Origin: Actinomycetota bacterium
Lineage (GTDB): Bacteria; Actinomycetota; CADDZG01; WHSQ01
Length of the DNA: 39,001 nt
Assembly: GCA_050998655.1 (NCBI GenBank)
Contig: JBPCPZ010000128.1
Location: 1-39,001 of the forward strand
Reading direction: 5' to 3'
The translations under genes and the position numbers were made by a program. Positions 17,728-29,366 of this stretch are shown here, one piece after another (positions within the stretch are counted from its first letter, which is position 1; every line of letters starts with the position of its first letter). Under the pieces are notes generated by a model. The model was not told the origin of the DNA. It ran no database searches and saw nothing but the letters and a program-made list of their open reading frames with translations.

Positions 17728-19447
17728 CGGGCTCGTAGCGCCCCATGGTGACGTCCTTGTGGCGAAGCTTCGTGTCTCCCTCCGCGGTTCTGGTGATAAA
17801 TGAGTGCTTGAGCCAATGATCGTCCTCGCGCATCTCGTGGTCCTCGCGGTAATGCCCGCCGCGGCTCTCGGTGCGAGCGCGGGCGGCGACCACCAGCGCT
17901 TCGGCCATGTCGAGCAGGAAGCCGAGCTCGATGTGCTCGATCAGTTCGGTGTTGAAGATCCTGCTGCGGTCCTTCACTCGGCAGACCTCATAGCGCTTGC
18001 GCAGCTCGGTAATCGTCGAGAGAACGGAGCTCAGCGAGTCCTCGGTGCGCACGACCGAGGCCTTGTCCATCATCTCCTCCTGAAGCGTCGCCCTGATGGA
18101 GGCGGTCGATTCTTCCGAGCCGCCGTCGCACAGCGACGCGATCCACTCCTCCGAGCGTTTCTCGGCCCCCTCCGGCAGTTTAGGGAGCGGATGAGTCGAG
18201 GAATACTCGGCCATGGCGATGCCGCCTCGCCGGCCGAACACGACGATGTCGAGCAGCGAGTTGGTGCCCAGGCGGTTGGCGCCGTGAACGGACACGCAGG
18301 CGCACTCGCCGGCCGCATAGAAGCCCGACACTATGGCGCCGGTGTGGTCGGCGAGGACCTCGGCTTGAACGCTGGTGGGTATCCCGCCCATGGCGTAGTG
18401 CGCGGTGGGCACGATGGGAACGCCTTCCTTGACGGGATCGACGTCCAGATACGTGCGGGCGAACTCGGTGATGTCGGGCAGCTTCTTCTCGATGACTTCG
18501 GGATCCACCTCGGTCAAATCGAGGAGGATGCAGTCCTTGTCGGGCCCCGCCCCGCGGCCCTCCTTGATCTCGAAGAACTCTGCGCGCGACACCATGTCGC
18601 GGGGCGCCAGATCCTTGATGGTGGGGGCGTAGCGCTCCATGAAGCGCTCGCCGTCACCGTTCCTGAGGATGGCTCCTTCGCCGCGCGCCGCCTCCGATAG
18701 GAGAATGCCGAGCCGGTAGAGCCCGGTGGGATGAAATTGATAGAACTCCATGTCCTCCAGCGGCAACCCCGCCCGGTAGACGACTCCGGGCCCGTCCCCA
18801 GTGAGAGTGTGGGCGTTGGAGGTGATCTTGAACATCTTGCCGTAGCCACCGGTGGCGAACAGGACCGACTTGCAGTGAAAGATGTGAAGTTGCCCGGTGG
18901 CGAGCTCGTAGGCGACGATTCCGCAGCAGACCCCGTCGTCCATCACCAAGTCGAGAACGAAGAACTCGTTGTAGAACTCGACCCCGAACTTGGTGCACTG
19001 CTGAAAAAGTGTTTGCAGGATCATGTGGCCGGTGCGGTCGGCTGCGTAGCAGGCTCGCTTGACGGGAGCCTCTCCGTGGTTGCTGGTGTGCCCGCCGAAC
19101 CGGCGCTGGTCGATCTTTCCTTCGGGCGTCCGGTCGAAAGGCAGGCCCATGCGCTCGAGCTCGAGCACGGAGTCGACGGCCTCCTTGCACATGATGTCGA
19201 CCGCATCCTGGTCGGCGAGGAAGTCCGAGCCCTTGACCGTGTCGAAGGCGTGCCATTCCCACGAGTCCTCTTCGACGTTGGCGAGAGCGGCGCACATGCC
19301 TCCCTGGGCGGCGCCGGTGTGGGAGCGGGTGGGATAGAGCTTGGACACAACCGCGGTCTTGACGCGCCTTCCCGCCTCCAGCGCGGCGCGCAGACCAGCC
19401 CCTCCGGCGCCGACGATCACGGCGTCGTATTCGTGGATCTGTGCCAT
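17711..19447 (-). CDS. sdhA: succinate dehydrogenase flavoprotein subunit
   Basis: [21 protein letters not shown] fold, the covalent-FAD His in [15 protein letters not shown] and RGGHYRED. The tracked 827 aa ORF is an upstream run-on. The ATG at 19447 ([10 protein letters not shown]) overlaps the sdhD stop (TGATG). Confidence 0.95.
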   Translation of the reverse strand: MAQIHEYDAVIVGAGGAGLRAALEAGRRVKTAVVSKLYPTRSHTGAAQGGMCAALANVEEDSWEWHAFDTVKGSDFLADQDAVDIMCKEAVDSVLELERMGLPFDRTPEGKIDQRRFGGHTSNHGEAPVKRACYAADRTGHMILQTLFQQCTKFGVEFYNEFFVLDLVMDDGVCCGIVAYELATGQLHIFHCKSVLFATGGYGKMFKITSNAHTLTGDGPGVVYRAGLPLEDMEFYQFHPTGLYRLGILLSEAARGEGAILRNGDGERFMERYAPTIKDLAPRDMVSRAEFFEIKEGRGAGPDKDCILLDLTEVDPEVIEKKLPDITEFARTYLDVDPVKEGVPIVPTAHYAMGGIPTSVQAEVLADHTGAIVSGFYAAGECACVSVHGANRLGTNSLLDIVVFGRRGGIAMAEYSSTHPLPKLPEGAEKRSEEWIASLCDGGSEESTASIRATLQEEMMDKASVVRTEDSLSSVLSTITELRKRYEVCRVKDRSRIFNTELIEHIELGFLLDMAEALVVAARARTESRGGHYREDHEMREDDHWLKHSFITRTAEGDTKLRHKDVTMGRYEPVERKY

Positions 19448-19866
19448 CAGCCTGATACGCCGGCGTCGAAGGCGACGACCACGGTCGTGCCCATGATCAT
19501 CAGGATCGCGGTCAGCCCGTAGAGCGTTCCCTTGACCGCCGTTCTGAGCCCCGGGGAGCGGATGTAGTCGTCGATGATGATGCGCAGCCCGTTGACCCCG
19601 TGAAGCAGAGCGAGCACCAAGAGGACCCAGTCGAACGCCCGCCAGCCGACGTTGGCCCAGCGTTCGGCGACGAAGTCGAAGTCGACTCTCTCCACCCCTG
19701 AGCCCACCAGATGCATGACGTAGAGGTGGATGAGCACCAAGAACAGAAGGATGACCCCCGACACTCGCATGAAGAACCACCACCACACCTCTGTCGAGGA
19801 GGGCCGGCGGCCGGGGGAGAACGCCTTGGGTTTGTGCTTTCGGTAGATGTCTTCCACGGTCGCCAT
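19447..19866 (-). CDS. sdhD: succinate dehydrogenase hydrophobic membrane anchor subunit (actinobacterial SdhD-like)
   Basis: Three predicted TM helices ([26 protein letters not shown]; [19 protein letters not shown]; [19 protein letters not shown]). The conserved RVSG...H and HG.NGLR..I.DY pattern is as I recall it from mycobacterial SdhD. Start taken at ATG 19866 (MATVEDIY). Confidence 0.75.
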   Translation of the reverse strand: MATVEDIYRKHKPKAFSPGRRPSSTEVWWWFFMRVSGVILLFLVLIHLYVMHLVGSGVERVDFDFVAERWANVGWRAFDWVLLVLALLHGVNGLRIIIDDYIRSPGLRTAVKGTLYGLTAILMIMGTTVVVAFDAGVSG

Positions 19867-20009
19867 ATGGATAAATCCTAACCGTGGAGTTCGCCTCACG
19901 ACCACAATGGTCCGCCGGGGCTGCCTCTCGCAAACGTTCGAAGCAAAGCGGCTGGGATCTCCAGTGTCCGTCAGCGGGGCAGCAGACCGGCCGCGGGTAG
20001 CATCGAGGG

Positions 20010-21575
20010 GTGAGCGACCAGCGCATCACCGACTCGGGCATCGTCGTCGAGCCCGTATACGGACCCTCTGAGCGGCCGGCGCTCAGCCCTCCCGGTGAGT
20101 ATCCATACACTCGCGGGATCCACCCGGAGATGTACCGCTCCCGACTGTGGACCATGCGCCAGTACGCCGGCTTTGGCTCGGCCGCACAGACCAACGCTCG
20201 CTTTCGATACCTCCTGGGCGCGGGACAGACGGGGCTGTCGGTGGCGTTCGACCTGCCGACACAGATGGGCTATGACTCCGATCATCCGCTGGCCGAAGCC
20301 GAGGTCGGCCGGGTCGGCGTCGCCATCGACTCGCTCGCCGACATGGAGCTGCTGCTCGATGGGATCCCCTTGAGCGAAGTATCGACCTCCATGACCATCA
20401 ACTCAACCGCTGCGATCTTGTTGCTGCTTTACGAGCTCGTTGCTGCGAAACAAGGAGTGGACGGCGAGCATCTGAGTGGCACGACTCAGAACGACATCTT
20501 GAAGGAGTACATCGCCCGCGGCACCTATATCTATCCTCCCAAACCTTCGATGCGGATCGCAACCGACCTGTTCTCCTACTGCAAGGATAGGCTGCCGCGG
20601 TGGAACACGATCTCGATCTCCGGCTATCACATGCGCGAAGCGGGGTGCACTGCCGTGCAGGAAGTGGCCTTCACGCTTGCCGACGCGATTGCCTACGTCG
20701 AGGCCGCGCTCGAGGCGGGGCTCGAAGTGGACGATTTCGGCCCCCGCCTGTCATTCTTTTTCGCTTGCCACATGAACTTCTTCGAAGAGGTAGCGAAGTT
20801 TCGTGCCGCCCGCAGGCTGTGGGCGGTGATAATGAAGCAGCGTTTCGGGGCCTCCAACGAGCGTTCAATGATGCTTCGCTTCCATACGCAGACGGGCGGC
20901 GCCACGCTTACCGCGCAGCAGCCGGAGAACAACATCGTGCGAACCGCACTGGAAGCTCTTGCCGCGGTGCTTGGAGGGACGCAGTCGTTGCACACCAACG
21001 CATACGATGAGGCGCTGGCATTGCCCTCTGAGAGATCGGCCATGATCGCCTTGCGCACACAACAGGTGGTCGCGTTTGAGTCTTCGGTCGTCGACTCGGC
21101 CGACCCGCTCGGCGGGTCCTATTTCGTAGAAGCGCTGACCGATGGCATCGAGGAGGAAGCGCGCGCCTACATCGAGCGCATCGACGAGCTCGGGGGCGCG
21201 GTAGAGGCCATCGAGTCTGGATACATGAAGCGCGAGATCGAGGACTCGGCCTACCGTATCGCCCGGGAACTCGAGAGCGGAGGCCGGTCGGTCGTGGGCA
21301 TGAACAAGTTTCAAGGAGAGCTCGAGGAGACGGTCGAGCTTCTGGAGATGGACGAAGCGCTGCTGCACGCGCAGAAGGCTAGGTTGGCCGACGTGCGTGC
21401 GGGCCGGGACGAAGATGCAGTTCGTAAGGCGTTGAGAGAGCTCGAGGACGCCGCTCGAGGCAACGACAACCTGCTCTACCCAATGAGGGATGCGCTGGCC
21501 GCCTACGCCACGCTCGGAGAAGTCTCGGACAGGCTGCGTGGCGTGTTCGGCGAGTACCGGCCGGCGAGTCTCTAG
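20010..21575 (+). CDS. methylmalonyl-CoA mutase family, catalytic (N-terminal TIM-barrel) subunit without a B12-binding domain
   Basis: [56 protein letters not shown] and FHTQTGG are classic MCM/ICM large-subunit blocks. The 521 aa end before any B12-binding domain. Confidence 0.92.
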   Translation: MSDQRITDSGIVVEPVYGPSERPALSPPGEYPYTRGIHPEMYRSRLWTMRQYAGFGSAAQTNARFRYLLGAGQTGLSVAFDLPTQMGYDSDHPLAEAEVGRVGVAIDSLADMELLLDGIPLSEVSTSMTINSTAAILLLLYELVAAKQGVDGEHLSGTTQNDILKEYIARGTYIYPPKPSMRIATDLFSYCKDRLPRWNTISISGYHMREAGCTAVQEVAFTLADAIAYVEAALEAGLEVDDFGPRLSFFFACHMNFFEEVAKFRAARRLWAVIMKQRFGASNERSMMLRFHTQTGGATLTAQQPENNIVRTALEALAAVLGGTQSLHTNAYDEALALPSERSAMIALRTQQVVAFESSVVDSADPLGGSYFVEALTDGIEEEARAYIERIDELGGAVEAIESGYMKREIEDSAYRIARELESGGRSVVGMNKFQGELEETVELLEMDEALLHAQKARLADVRAGRDEDAVRKALRELEDAARGNDNLLYPMRDALAAYATLGEVSDRLRGVFGEYRPASL

Positions 21576-22243
21576 TGGTGGTCGAGCGTGTGGCGGTGAT
21601 CGGTGGTACCGGGGCCGAGGGTTTCGGTCTGGCGCTCAGGTGGGCCTCCGCCGGGATGGAGGTCGTGATCGGCTCCCGGGATCAGGGCCGAGCGGAGGAC
21701 GCAGCCGCCCGTTTGCGTGAACGTGTAGGGGAGGCACAGATCTCGGGCCTGTTGAACGCAGAGGCCGCAGCCGGCTGCAGCACGGTGGTGGTCGCGGTGC
21801 CCTTCTCAGGCCAGGCCGCCATCTACAAGTCACTGGCCACAGGGCTCAGGCCGAATGCCGTGGTGGTCGACTGCACCGTGCCGGTCGAGGCCGCGGTGGG
21901 GGGTAAGGCGACGCACGTCCTCGGTGTGTGGGAGGGGTCGGCCGCCCAGCTGGCGGCCTCCCTCGTCCCGGAGGGAACGACCCTGTGCGCGGCTTTCCAC
22001 ACGCTGTCTGCCTCGGCTCTGGAGGATCTCGACAAACCCTTGGACGGCGATGTCCCAGTGTGCGGGCCCAAGGCCGGCAAGGCGGTCGTCCGCGAGCTGG
22101 TGGAGGCGATCCCGAAGCTCGGTTTCGTGGACGCGGGGCCGCTTGAGAACGCCCGCGTCGTCGAGCCCATCACCTCGTTGCTTATCGGCATCAACCGCCG
22201 GTACAAGACCGACCGGGCGGGCATCCGTTTCACCGGCTTGTAG
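21575..22243 (+). CDS. npdG: NADPH-dependent F420 reductase-like oxidoreductase
   Basis: N-terminal VAVIGGTGAEGFGLALRWASAGMEVVIGSRD Rossmann pattern, typical of NpdG/Fno. The GTG overlaps the mutase TAG stop by 1 nt. Confidence 0.75.
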   Translation: MVVERVAVIGGTGAEGFGLALRWASAGMEVVIGSRDQGRAEDAAARLRERVGEAQISGLLNAEAAAGCSTVVVAVPFSGQAAIYKSLATGLRPNAVVVDCTVPVEAAVGGKATHVLGVWEGSAAQLAASLVPEGTTLCAAFHTLSASALEDLDKPLDGDVPVCGPKAGKAVVRELVEAIPKLGFVDAGPLENARVVEPITSLLIGINRRYKTDRAGIRFTGL

Positions 22244-22268
22244 CTGGGTCGGCTGCAGCTCTGAGTCA

Positions 22269-22315
22269 AACCTTGTAGCCCTGCCCACATCTGGTGTGGT
22301 TGCAGCGACAAGGTT
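22269..22315. terminator. imperfect long hairpin between convergent genes
   Basis: Outer arms aaccttgt (22269-22276) / acaaggtt (22308-22315) and inner stem ccaca (22285-22289) / tgtgg (22295-22299). It lies between the npdG-like stop (22243) and the YjbQ stop (22339). Confidence 0.3.
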
Positions 22316-22338
22316 CGGTGGTGGGCGGCTGCGTGGCT

Positions 22339-22800
22339 CTATTCGCCCAGGACTTTGATCACCAGCCTCTTGCTGCGCCGACCGTCGAACTCGCAGTAGA
22401 AGATCGCCTGCCACGGCCCGAGATCGAGTTTTCCCTCGGTCACCGGGACGATGACCTGATGGTGGACGAGCAGGTTCTTGAGATGGGCGTCGCCGTTGTC
22501 CTCGCCGCCGCGGTGGTGGCGATAGTCGCCGGGGTCGGGGCTCAATGCCGCCGCCACCTCGCCGCCCGGCGCCTTCCACGACGGAGGAGCGATCTTGTCG
22601 AGCCACTCGAGCACGTCCTCCTGAATGCCCGGCTCGTCGTCGTTGATCCATACGCCCGCAGTGATGTGCATGGCCGATACCAGCACCATGCCCTCTGCGA
22701 TCCCCGACTCCTGGACGGTTGCGGCGACATCCTCGGTGATGCGCACGAACTCACGCCGGCCTTTGGTCTTGAAAGTCTTGTAGACGGTATGCGTTTTCAT
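22339..22800 (-). CDS. YjbQ/UPF0047 family protein (secondary thiamine-phosphate synthase-like)
   Basis: FVRITEDV...[22 protein letters not shown]...[10 protein letters not shown]...[14 protein letters not shown] matches the YjbQ family pattern. Confidence 0.85.
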   Translation of the reverse strand: MKTHTVYKTFKTKGRREFVRITEDVAATVQESGIAEGMVLVSAMHITAGVWINDDEPGIQEDVLEWLDKIAPPSWKAPGGEVAAALSPDPGDYRHHRGGEDNGDAHLKNLLVHHQVIVPVTEGKLDLGPWQAIFYCEFDGRRSKRLVIKVLGE

Positions 22801-23627
22801 GTCATTCTCCCTGTGACCGGACGCTCATACCGCAGTTTGGCCAGCACCACCGCGCGAGCGTCTTCGTCGCGTTCCAGGTCGCGCTGCTCGAGAAGCGGAT
22901 CGGCGAGTATCAGATAGAGCTCGACGGTAGCCCGCAATGCATCCATGACCATGTCGCGCTCGAGAGCCGGAACGGTTCGGGCGAATAGAGGGCCGAGCTC
23001 GCCCACATGCTGCTCTGCTCGGCGCGATCCATAGGGCGGCCTGATCCCCGCGGTTTCGGCAAGGAGTGAGAACAGCACGTTGCCGCGCAGGTACTGCAGC
23101 GCATCGAGAGCTTCGTAGAGCTCGCCCCGCAGGATCTTGGAGTGTGTGTACCAGACCCAGGTCCACATACGGGCTTCGAACCAAGTCAGGTCAACCCCGG
23201 CAGCATCGGCCCGCCCCCCAAGGGCCACTGCGATGCCGTCGTCCTCCGACCACAACACCCAGCTCGCCGTGCCCCCGTTCTTGTCGGCCAGTTCGCCGAG
23301 CCGGACCAGGTAGAAGTCGATGTGGATGAGGTCGTCGTAGAGCACGATCAGCATGCCGGGATGCCCCACGTGCTCGGCGGTGAAACGAGCCACCGGCACA
23401 CCGCAGGCATCAATCAGTGCATCGAGGTGGTTAGCGGCCTCGCCGTGCATGTTGTCCCGTGTGACGATCTTGAGATCGAGGTCCGAATAGGCGTCGGCCG
23501 TCCCCGTCGCCAGCGACCCCGACACCACCACCCCGATGACTCCGGGCATGGTCCGGGCAAATGCGCTCGCGGCCTGGAGCTTCGCCCGGTGAAGGGGCAA
23601 GTCGTCGAGTCCGGAAGGCAGATGCAT
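22797..23627 (-). CDS. Pol-beta-superfamily nucleotidyltransferase with helical C-terminal domain (antibiotic-NTase-like fold; function unknown)
   Basis: Motif [19 protein letters not shown] (GS...DxD), followed by a roughly 170 aa helical domain. ATGA overlap with the downstream YjbQ gene. Confidence 0.7.
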   Translation of the reverse strand: MHLPSGLDDLPLHRAKLQAASAFARTMPGVIGVVVSGSLATGTADAYSDLDLKIVTRDNMHGEAANHLDALIDACGVPVARFTAEHVGHPGMLIVLYDDLIHIDFYLVRLGELADKNGGTASWVLWSEDDGIAVALGGRADAAGVDLTWFEARMWTWVWYTHSKILRGELYEALDALQYLRGNVLFSLLAETAGIRPPYGSRRAEQHVGELGPLFARTVPALERDMVMDALRATVELYLILADPLLEQRDLERDEDARAVVLAKLRYERPVTGRMT

Positions 23628-23668
23628 GGAATTCTTACCTTAGTTCAGCCTGGACCCCGCTGAGCGGC

Positions 23669-24316
23669 CTACGGCTGCAGAGAGTGGAAGTTCGCTGGTG
23701 GCCACGCCAGCAGGAACGCCCGGCCCACGACATCTTCGAGCGGCACCGGCCCGATCACGCGGGAGTCCTCGGAATGGTTGCGGTTGTCGCCCATCACGAA
23801 CACCATGCCCTCCGGTACGAGACACGCAGAAGCGGAGACGTACAGTCCCATCGATCCACAGGTCCCGGGCGTGACCGTGAGGCTGGTCTTGTCCTTCTCT
23901 TTCAGGTACGGCTCGCTGATCGTGCGTCCTTCCACCGTCAGCACGCGCGGCACTCCCTTGTAGGAGATCGTGTCCCCCGCGACCGCGACCACCCGCTTGA
24001 TAACGTAGGTGCGGTCACCTCCCGCCAAGCCCTTGACCAACGCCACGGCCTTGTCCCCTAGGGAGAGCGCGGGGGCCGGGCTGCCGCTACCGAAGACGAG
24101 GACGTCTTTGCGCTGAGGAGGGTAGAGGCGGTAGCCCACGCGCTCGACCAACACTCGATCCCCCTTGTGCAGGGTCGGGAGCATGGACTCGGAGGGGATG
24201 AAGAAGGCCTGGACCACGAATGCCTTTAGCAGCAACGCGATCACGAAAGCGGCCAGCAAGAGCAGCGGCAGAGTGGCGATTCTGGACGCCCGTGTGCGTG
24301 AGGTCCCATTCCCCAT
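23669..24316 (-). CDS. lepB: signal peptidase I
   Basis: N-terminal TM helix, catalytic Ser box IPSESMLPTL, Lys box region, and GDNRNHSEDSR. Confidence 0.9.
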   Translation of the reverse strand: MGNGTSRTRASRIATLPLLLLAAFVIALLLKAFVVQAFFIPSESMLPTLHKGDRVLVERVGYRLYPPQRKDVLVFGSGSPAPALSLGDKAVALVKGLAGGDRTYVIKRVVAVAGDTISYKGVPRVLTVEGRTISEPYLKEKDKTSLTVTPGTCGSMGLYVSASACLVPEGMVFVMGDNRNHSEDSRVIGPVPLEDVVGRAFLLAWPPANFHSLQP

Positions 24317-24958
24317 GACTCTCAGTCTGCCCTCCCTGGCAGTAAAAGGGAAGAGGGTCGATCTAGGTCACGGCCGCGCCGTCAGGTTCCACCTGTCCGG
24401 CTGCTTTTGTACAGAACGCGCCGATAGCCCCGTTTCGTCCCCAGCCCTCGGCCTGGGCCTCAGAGCTCCAGAACGAACGCGACCAAGTAGACCTGGGGCA
24501 AGTCGATGTCCAGTCTCTTCGTGCGCTCGAAGCCGAGCCCCGAGTAGAGACGGTGAGCGGCGTGCATCCAGCGCGTCGTGTGCAAGATGATTCGGCGCTT
24601 GCCCTCGGAGCGCGCCCGAGCGATGCATTCCTGTACCAGCGCGGCCCCCATCCCTCGGCCGCGTGCCCCCGCAGCCACCGCCAGCATGCGAATCCCACCC
24701 GCTTCGGGATCGTCGAACTCCGCAAAGGGACTCTGAGGAGTGGCGACATATGTGACACAGCCGAGTATCTCGTCGCCGCTCAATGCCACCAGCACGAGTG
24801 CGTCTCGGTCGCGGGCACTCACGTCGCGCAGCTCGTCGAGGTAGTCGCAGAGGTCTTGGGGCGGGTCGTCGGCTGTGGGCGGGCTGAGGTATGCCGCGAC
24901 CGTCAGCTCGCCGGCGGCCGCATGCTCTTCCTGTCTGATCGGCCGAATGGCGACTCCC

Positions 24959-26698
<1,740 letters not shown>

Positions 26699-26718
26699 CG
26701 ACCTATCCTACGAGCGCA

Positions 26719-27507
26719 ATGACCTCGGATCTCAGTGCCGCCCGCATCGAAGCCGCGCTGCGAGGACACTGGGGTCGCCCCCTGAGGTTCTTCGAGGAGA
26801 TCGCTTCGACGAACTCCGAGGCGCTCGAGTGGGCCGAGGAGGGAGTGCCCGAGGGAGCCGTCGTCGTCGCCGATCATCAAAGCGCCGGTCGGGGCAGGCT
26901 CGGACGAACGTGGCTCTCGGAGCCCGGCGCCATTCTGCCTCTGTCGGTGGTGTTGAGGCCCCTGCTGCCGCCCGATCGCTTCGGGCTTCTCAGCGTGGCC
27001 GCCGGGGTGGCGGCCGCCGAGGCCATCGAGGAGGTCTCAGGACTTGGCTGCCGCCTCAAATGGCCCAACGACGTCACGATCTCGGGCCAAAAGGTCGCGG
27101 GAATATTGCTCGAAAGGCGCATGAGCACCGATGGAGCTCCGGCATTCGTATGCGGGATCGGCATCAACGTGAGGTGGACGAAGCTGCCGGAAGAGCTAGG
27201 GGGCCGCGCCACAAGCCTGGCTCTGGAGGGTGCGTCGGTGGACCGTGCCGAGCTCGCGGTTTCCGTCCTGCAGGCTCTGGAAATCGCCTGCGGCCGGCTC
27301 GACGATGAGAACGGAAGGGCCGAGATCATCGCGCAGGCAACCGCTCTGTCGGAGGTGTTGGGGCGGATCGTGGAAGCACGTGTGGGCGGTGCGCTCGTTT
27401 CAGGTTTGGCCTCATCGCTGAATGGGGCAGGCGGGCTTGTGCTCGACACCGCCGAGGGCAGCCGGGTCCTCGATGCCGGGGAGATCGAGAGGCTGCGCTC
27501 GGCGTGA
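26719..27507 (+). CDS. birA: biotin--[acetyl-CoA-carboxylase] ligase (group I, no HTH)
   Basis: Motifs QSAGRGRLGRTW and KWPNDV...KVAGILLE. Its start is only 20 nt from the divergent carboxylase start. Confidence 0.88.
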   Translation: MTSDLSAARIEAALRGHWGRPLRFFEEIASTNSEALEWAEEGVPEGAVVVADHQSAGRGRLGRTWLSEPGAILPLSVVLRPLLPPDRFGLLSVAAGVAAAEAIEEVSGLGCRLKWPNDVTISGQKVAGILLERRMSTDGAPAFVCGIGINVRWTKLPEELGGRATSLALEGASVDRAELAVSVLQALEIACGRLDDENGRAEIIAQATALSEVLGRIVEARVGGALVSGLASSLNGAGGLVLDTAEGSRVLDAGEIERLRSA

Positions 27508-28073
27508 GCGCGCCGGAGCGGCCCACGAAGGAGCAGATCGCCGCCGCCCACGGCCGCCTGGTTCCCGACGTGGTCGCTCCCGACCTCAGAGTTTTGTTCT
27601 GCGGCATCAATCCCGGCCTCTACTCGGGAGCGGTGGGACATCACTTCGCGCGGCCCGGCAACCGTTTCTGGGCCGCACTCTCCCTGTCGGGCTTCACCGA
27701 CCGGAGGCTCTCCGCCTTCGAGGAAGACGAGCTCCTCTGTCTAAGGCTGGGAATCACGAACCTGGTGCGGCGCGCCACCGCCACCGCCGAGGAGATCTCA
27801 AGGGACGAGCTCAAAGACGGCGCCCGAGCCCTGCGGCGCAAGGTGCGGAGGCTCAGGCCACAGGTCGTCGCGTTCCTGGGCCTGGGCGCTTACCGGATGG
27901 CCTTCTCGGCTCCCGCCGCCGTGGTCGGTGAGCAGCGGGATCTAATCGGGGACACGCGGCTGTGGCTCTTGCCCAACCCTTCGGGCCTCAACGCCCACTA
28001 TCAGGTGGATGCCCTGGCCGAGGTCTTCGCCGAGCTGCGCCGTGCCGTGCGCTCGACATCCAAACCGCCTTGA
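27504..28073 (+). CDS. mug: G/U mismatch-specific DNA glycosylase (UDG family 2)
   Basis: FCGINPGLYS...GHHFARPGNRFW and LPNPSGLN motifs. GTGA overlap with the birA stop. Confidence 0.88.
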   Translation: MSAPERPTKEQIAAAHGRLVPDVVAPDLRVLFCGINPGLYSGAVGHHFARPGNRFWAALSLSGFTDRRLSAFEEDELLCLRLGITNLVRRATATAEEISRDELKDGARALRRKVRRLRPQVVAFLGLGAYRMAFSAPAAVVGEQRDLIGDTRLWLLPNPSGLNAHYQVDALAEVFAELRRAVRSTSKPP

Positions 28074-28095
28074 CAGGACTGTCCCGATCGATCTA

Positions 28096-28117
28096 TTGTA
28101 TCGATACATTGATACAA
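28096..28117. promoter_or_regulatory. AT-rich palindromic element, candidate operator for the downstream YtrA-like GntR regulator
   Basis: ttgtatcgatacattgatacaa contains the perfect 12-bp palindrome tgtatcgataca (28097-28108) and outer arms ttgtatc/gatacaa. It lies 14-35 nt upstream of the membrane-protein start and is conspicuous in a GC-rich background. The GT...AC core fits the general GntR operator pattern. Confidence 0.35.
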
Positions 28118-28133
28118 AGAAGGGAGTCAGTTG

Positions 28134-28976
28134 ATGTTGGGTGGGATTGAGATCGCCGTGCTCGCGGCCCTCGTAGGAGGTGCGATTGTGCTGTGGCGGC
28201 GGTCGGAAAGGCGGCAGTCGGTCGAGAGCTGGGCCCGGAATTCGGGACTGCAGTTGACGCCCGGTAACCGGGCCTATGTAGCCTCCTACCTCGGGCGCAC
28301 TCGTGTCTTCCGGCTTATCGGAGTCCTCGTCGGATTGTTCCTTCCGTGGATCGCCGGCGCATTGCCGAAGCCGTTCGACTTCGGCTTGTTCGATGCGCTG
28401 CTCGGCTATTTGCTGGGAGCGCTAGTTGCGGAGCTCAGCTTCAACCGGCCACAGGGCGAGTTTCCAAGCGCGTCGCTCGTTCCTCGGTCGGTGAGCGACT
28501 ACCTGGCCCTCTGGTATCGCATCTCCTTGCCTGTCTGCGCGAGCCTGGGACTGGGGCTGACCCTCTGGTACAACACGCTTCCCGTTCGCGCTAGCGCCGG
28601 GCCGGACGCGCCTCCTCCGACGGTTGTGCTGGTGGTGATGATCGTCGGAGTGTGGTTAACCGTGGAGCTGTTCCAGCGCTACATCGTTGCGCGCCGCCAA
28701 CCGGCGGTCAACCTCGATCTCGTGCGCGCCGACGACGCCATCCGCTCGGCATCGATTCATGCCCTGGCGGGTGCGGGCCTGGCTTTGGAATTGCTCGTCG
28801 CCTCTGTCATGTTGGGTGAGGTCGCCGGCACCTTCAACAACAGCCTGGTTGCCTGGTCGCTCGGTAGCACGGCAGTCGTCCTCTTCGGCTGCGCGCTCGG
28901 ATCATGGATTCACCTCACCCGGCCGTTCCAGCGACGCGAGCTGCATCCTGGAACAGACGAGGTTCTCGTTCGATGA
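28134..28976 (+). CDS. hypothetical polytopic membrane protein
   Basis: Several hydrophobic helices (IEIAVLAALVGGAIVLW, LIGVLVGLFLPWIAG, VVLVVMIVGVWLTVELF, and others). GGGAG RBS 7 nt before the ATG at 28134 (a TTG at 28131 is also possible). No recognisable family motif. Confidence 0.65.
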   Translation: MLGGIEIAVLAALVGGAIVLWRRSERRQSVESWARNSGLQLTPGNRAYVASYLGRTRVFRLIGVLVGLFLPWIAGALPKPFDFGLFDALLGYLLGALVAELSFNRPQGEFPSASLVPRSVSDYLALWYRISLPVCASLGLGLTLWYNTLPVRASAGPDAPPPTVVLVVMIVGVWLTVELFQRYIVARRQPAVNLDLVRADDAIRSASIHALAGAGLALELLVASVMLGEVAGTFNNSLVAWSLGSTAVVLFGCALGSWIHLTRPFQRRELHPGTDEVLVR

Positions 28977-29344
28977 TCCTGCGCATCGAACCCGCCGGGC
29001 ACATTCCGCCCTACGAGCAGATCCGTTCGCAGATCGCCACCATGGCCGTCAGCGGTGTGCTGCCCGAGGGGACGAGACTGCCGGCGATCCGACAGCTCGC
29101 TTCCGACCTCGGTCTTGCGGGCGGAACCGTCGCGCGCGCTTACCGCGAGCTCGAGCAGGCGGGCATTATCACCACGCGGGGGAGACATGGAACGTTCGTG
29201 GAAAAAACTGTTACGAGCGCCGATAACGGCGAGCTTGATGCCGCCGCCCAACTCTTTGCGATTCGCGCGGTACAGCTCGGCGTCAAGCCATCCCACGCGT
29301 ACGACTCGGTGCGCCGCGCGCTGAAGGCCGTGACGCAGACCTAG
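28973..29344 (+). CDS. GntR family transcriptional regulator, short YtrA-like subfamily
   Basis: wHTH LPAIRQLASDLGLAGGTVARAYRELEQAGIITTRGRHGTFV with only about 50 aa of C-terminal extension. The ATG at 28973 forms an ATGA overlap with the upstream membrane gene. Confidence 0.85.
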   Translation: MILRIEPAGHIPPYEQIRSQIATMAVSGVLPEGTRLPAIRQLASDLGLAGGTVARAYRELEQAGIITTRGRHGTFVEKTVTSADNGELDAAAQLFAIRAVQLGVKPSHAYDSVRRALKAVTQT

Positions 29345-29366
29345 CTCGGCCCCCTGACGGGCGACA

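Noticed and set aside
19448-20194. N-terminal extension making sdhA an 827-aa protein. Similar run-ons occur at 10927..11655 (methyltransferase), 31914..32351 (liuD-like) and 1030..1212 (AlkP-like).
   Set aside because: The extensions overlap well-supported neighbouring genes (sdhD, mutase, icd, crotonase, sat) and have no homology-like motifs. Internal starts directly after the upstream stop give canonical N-termini.
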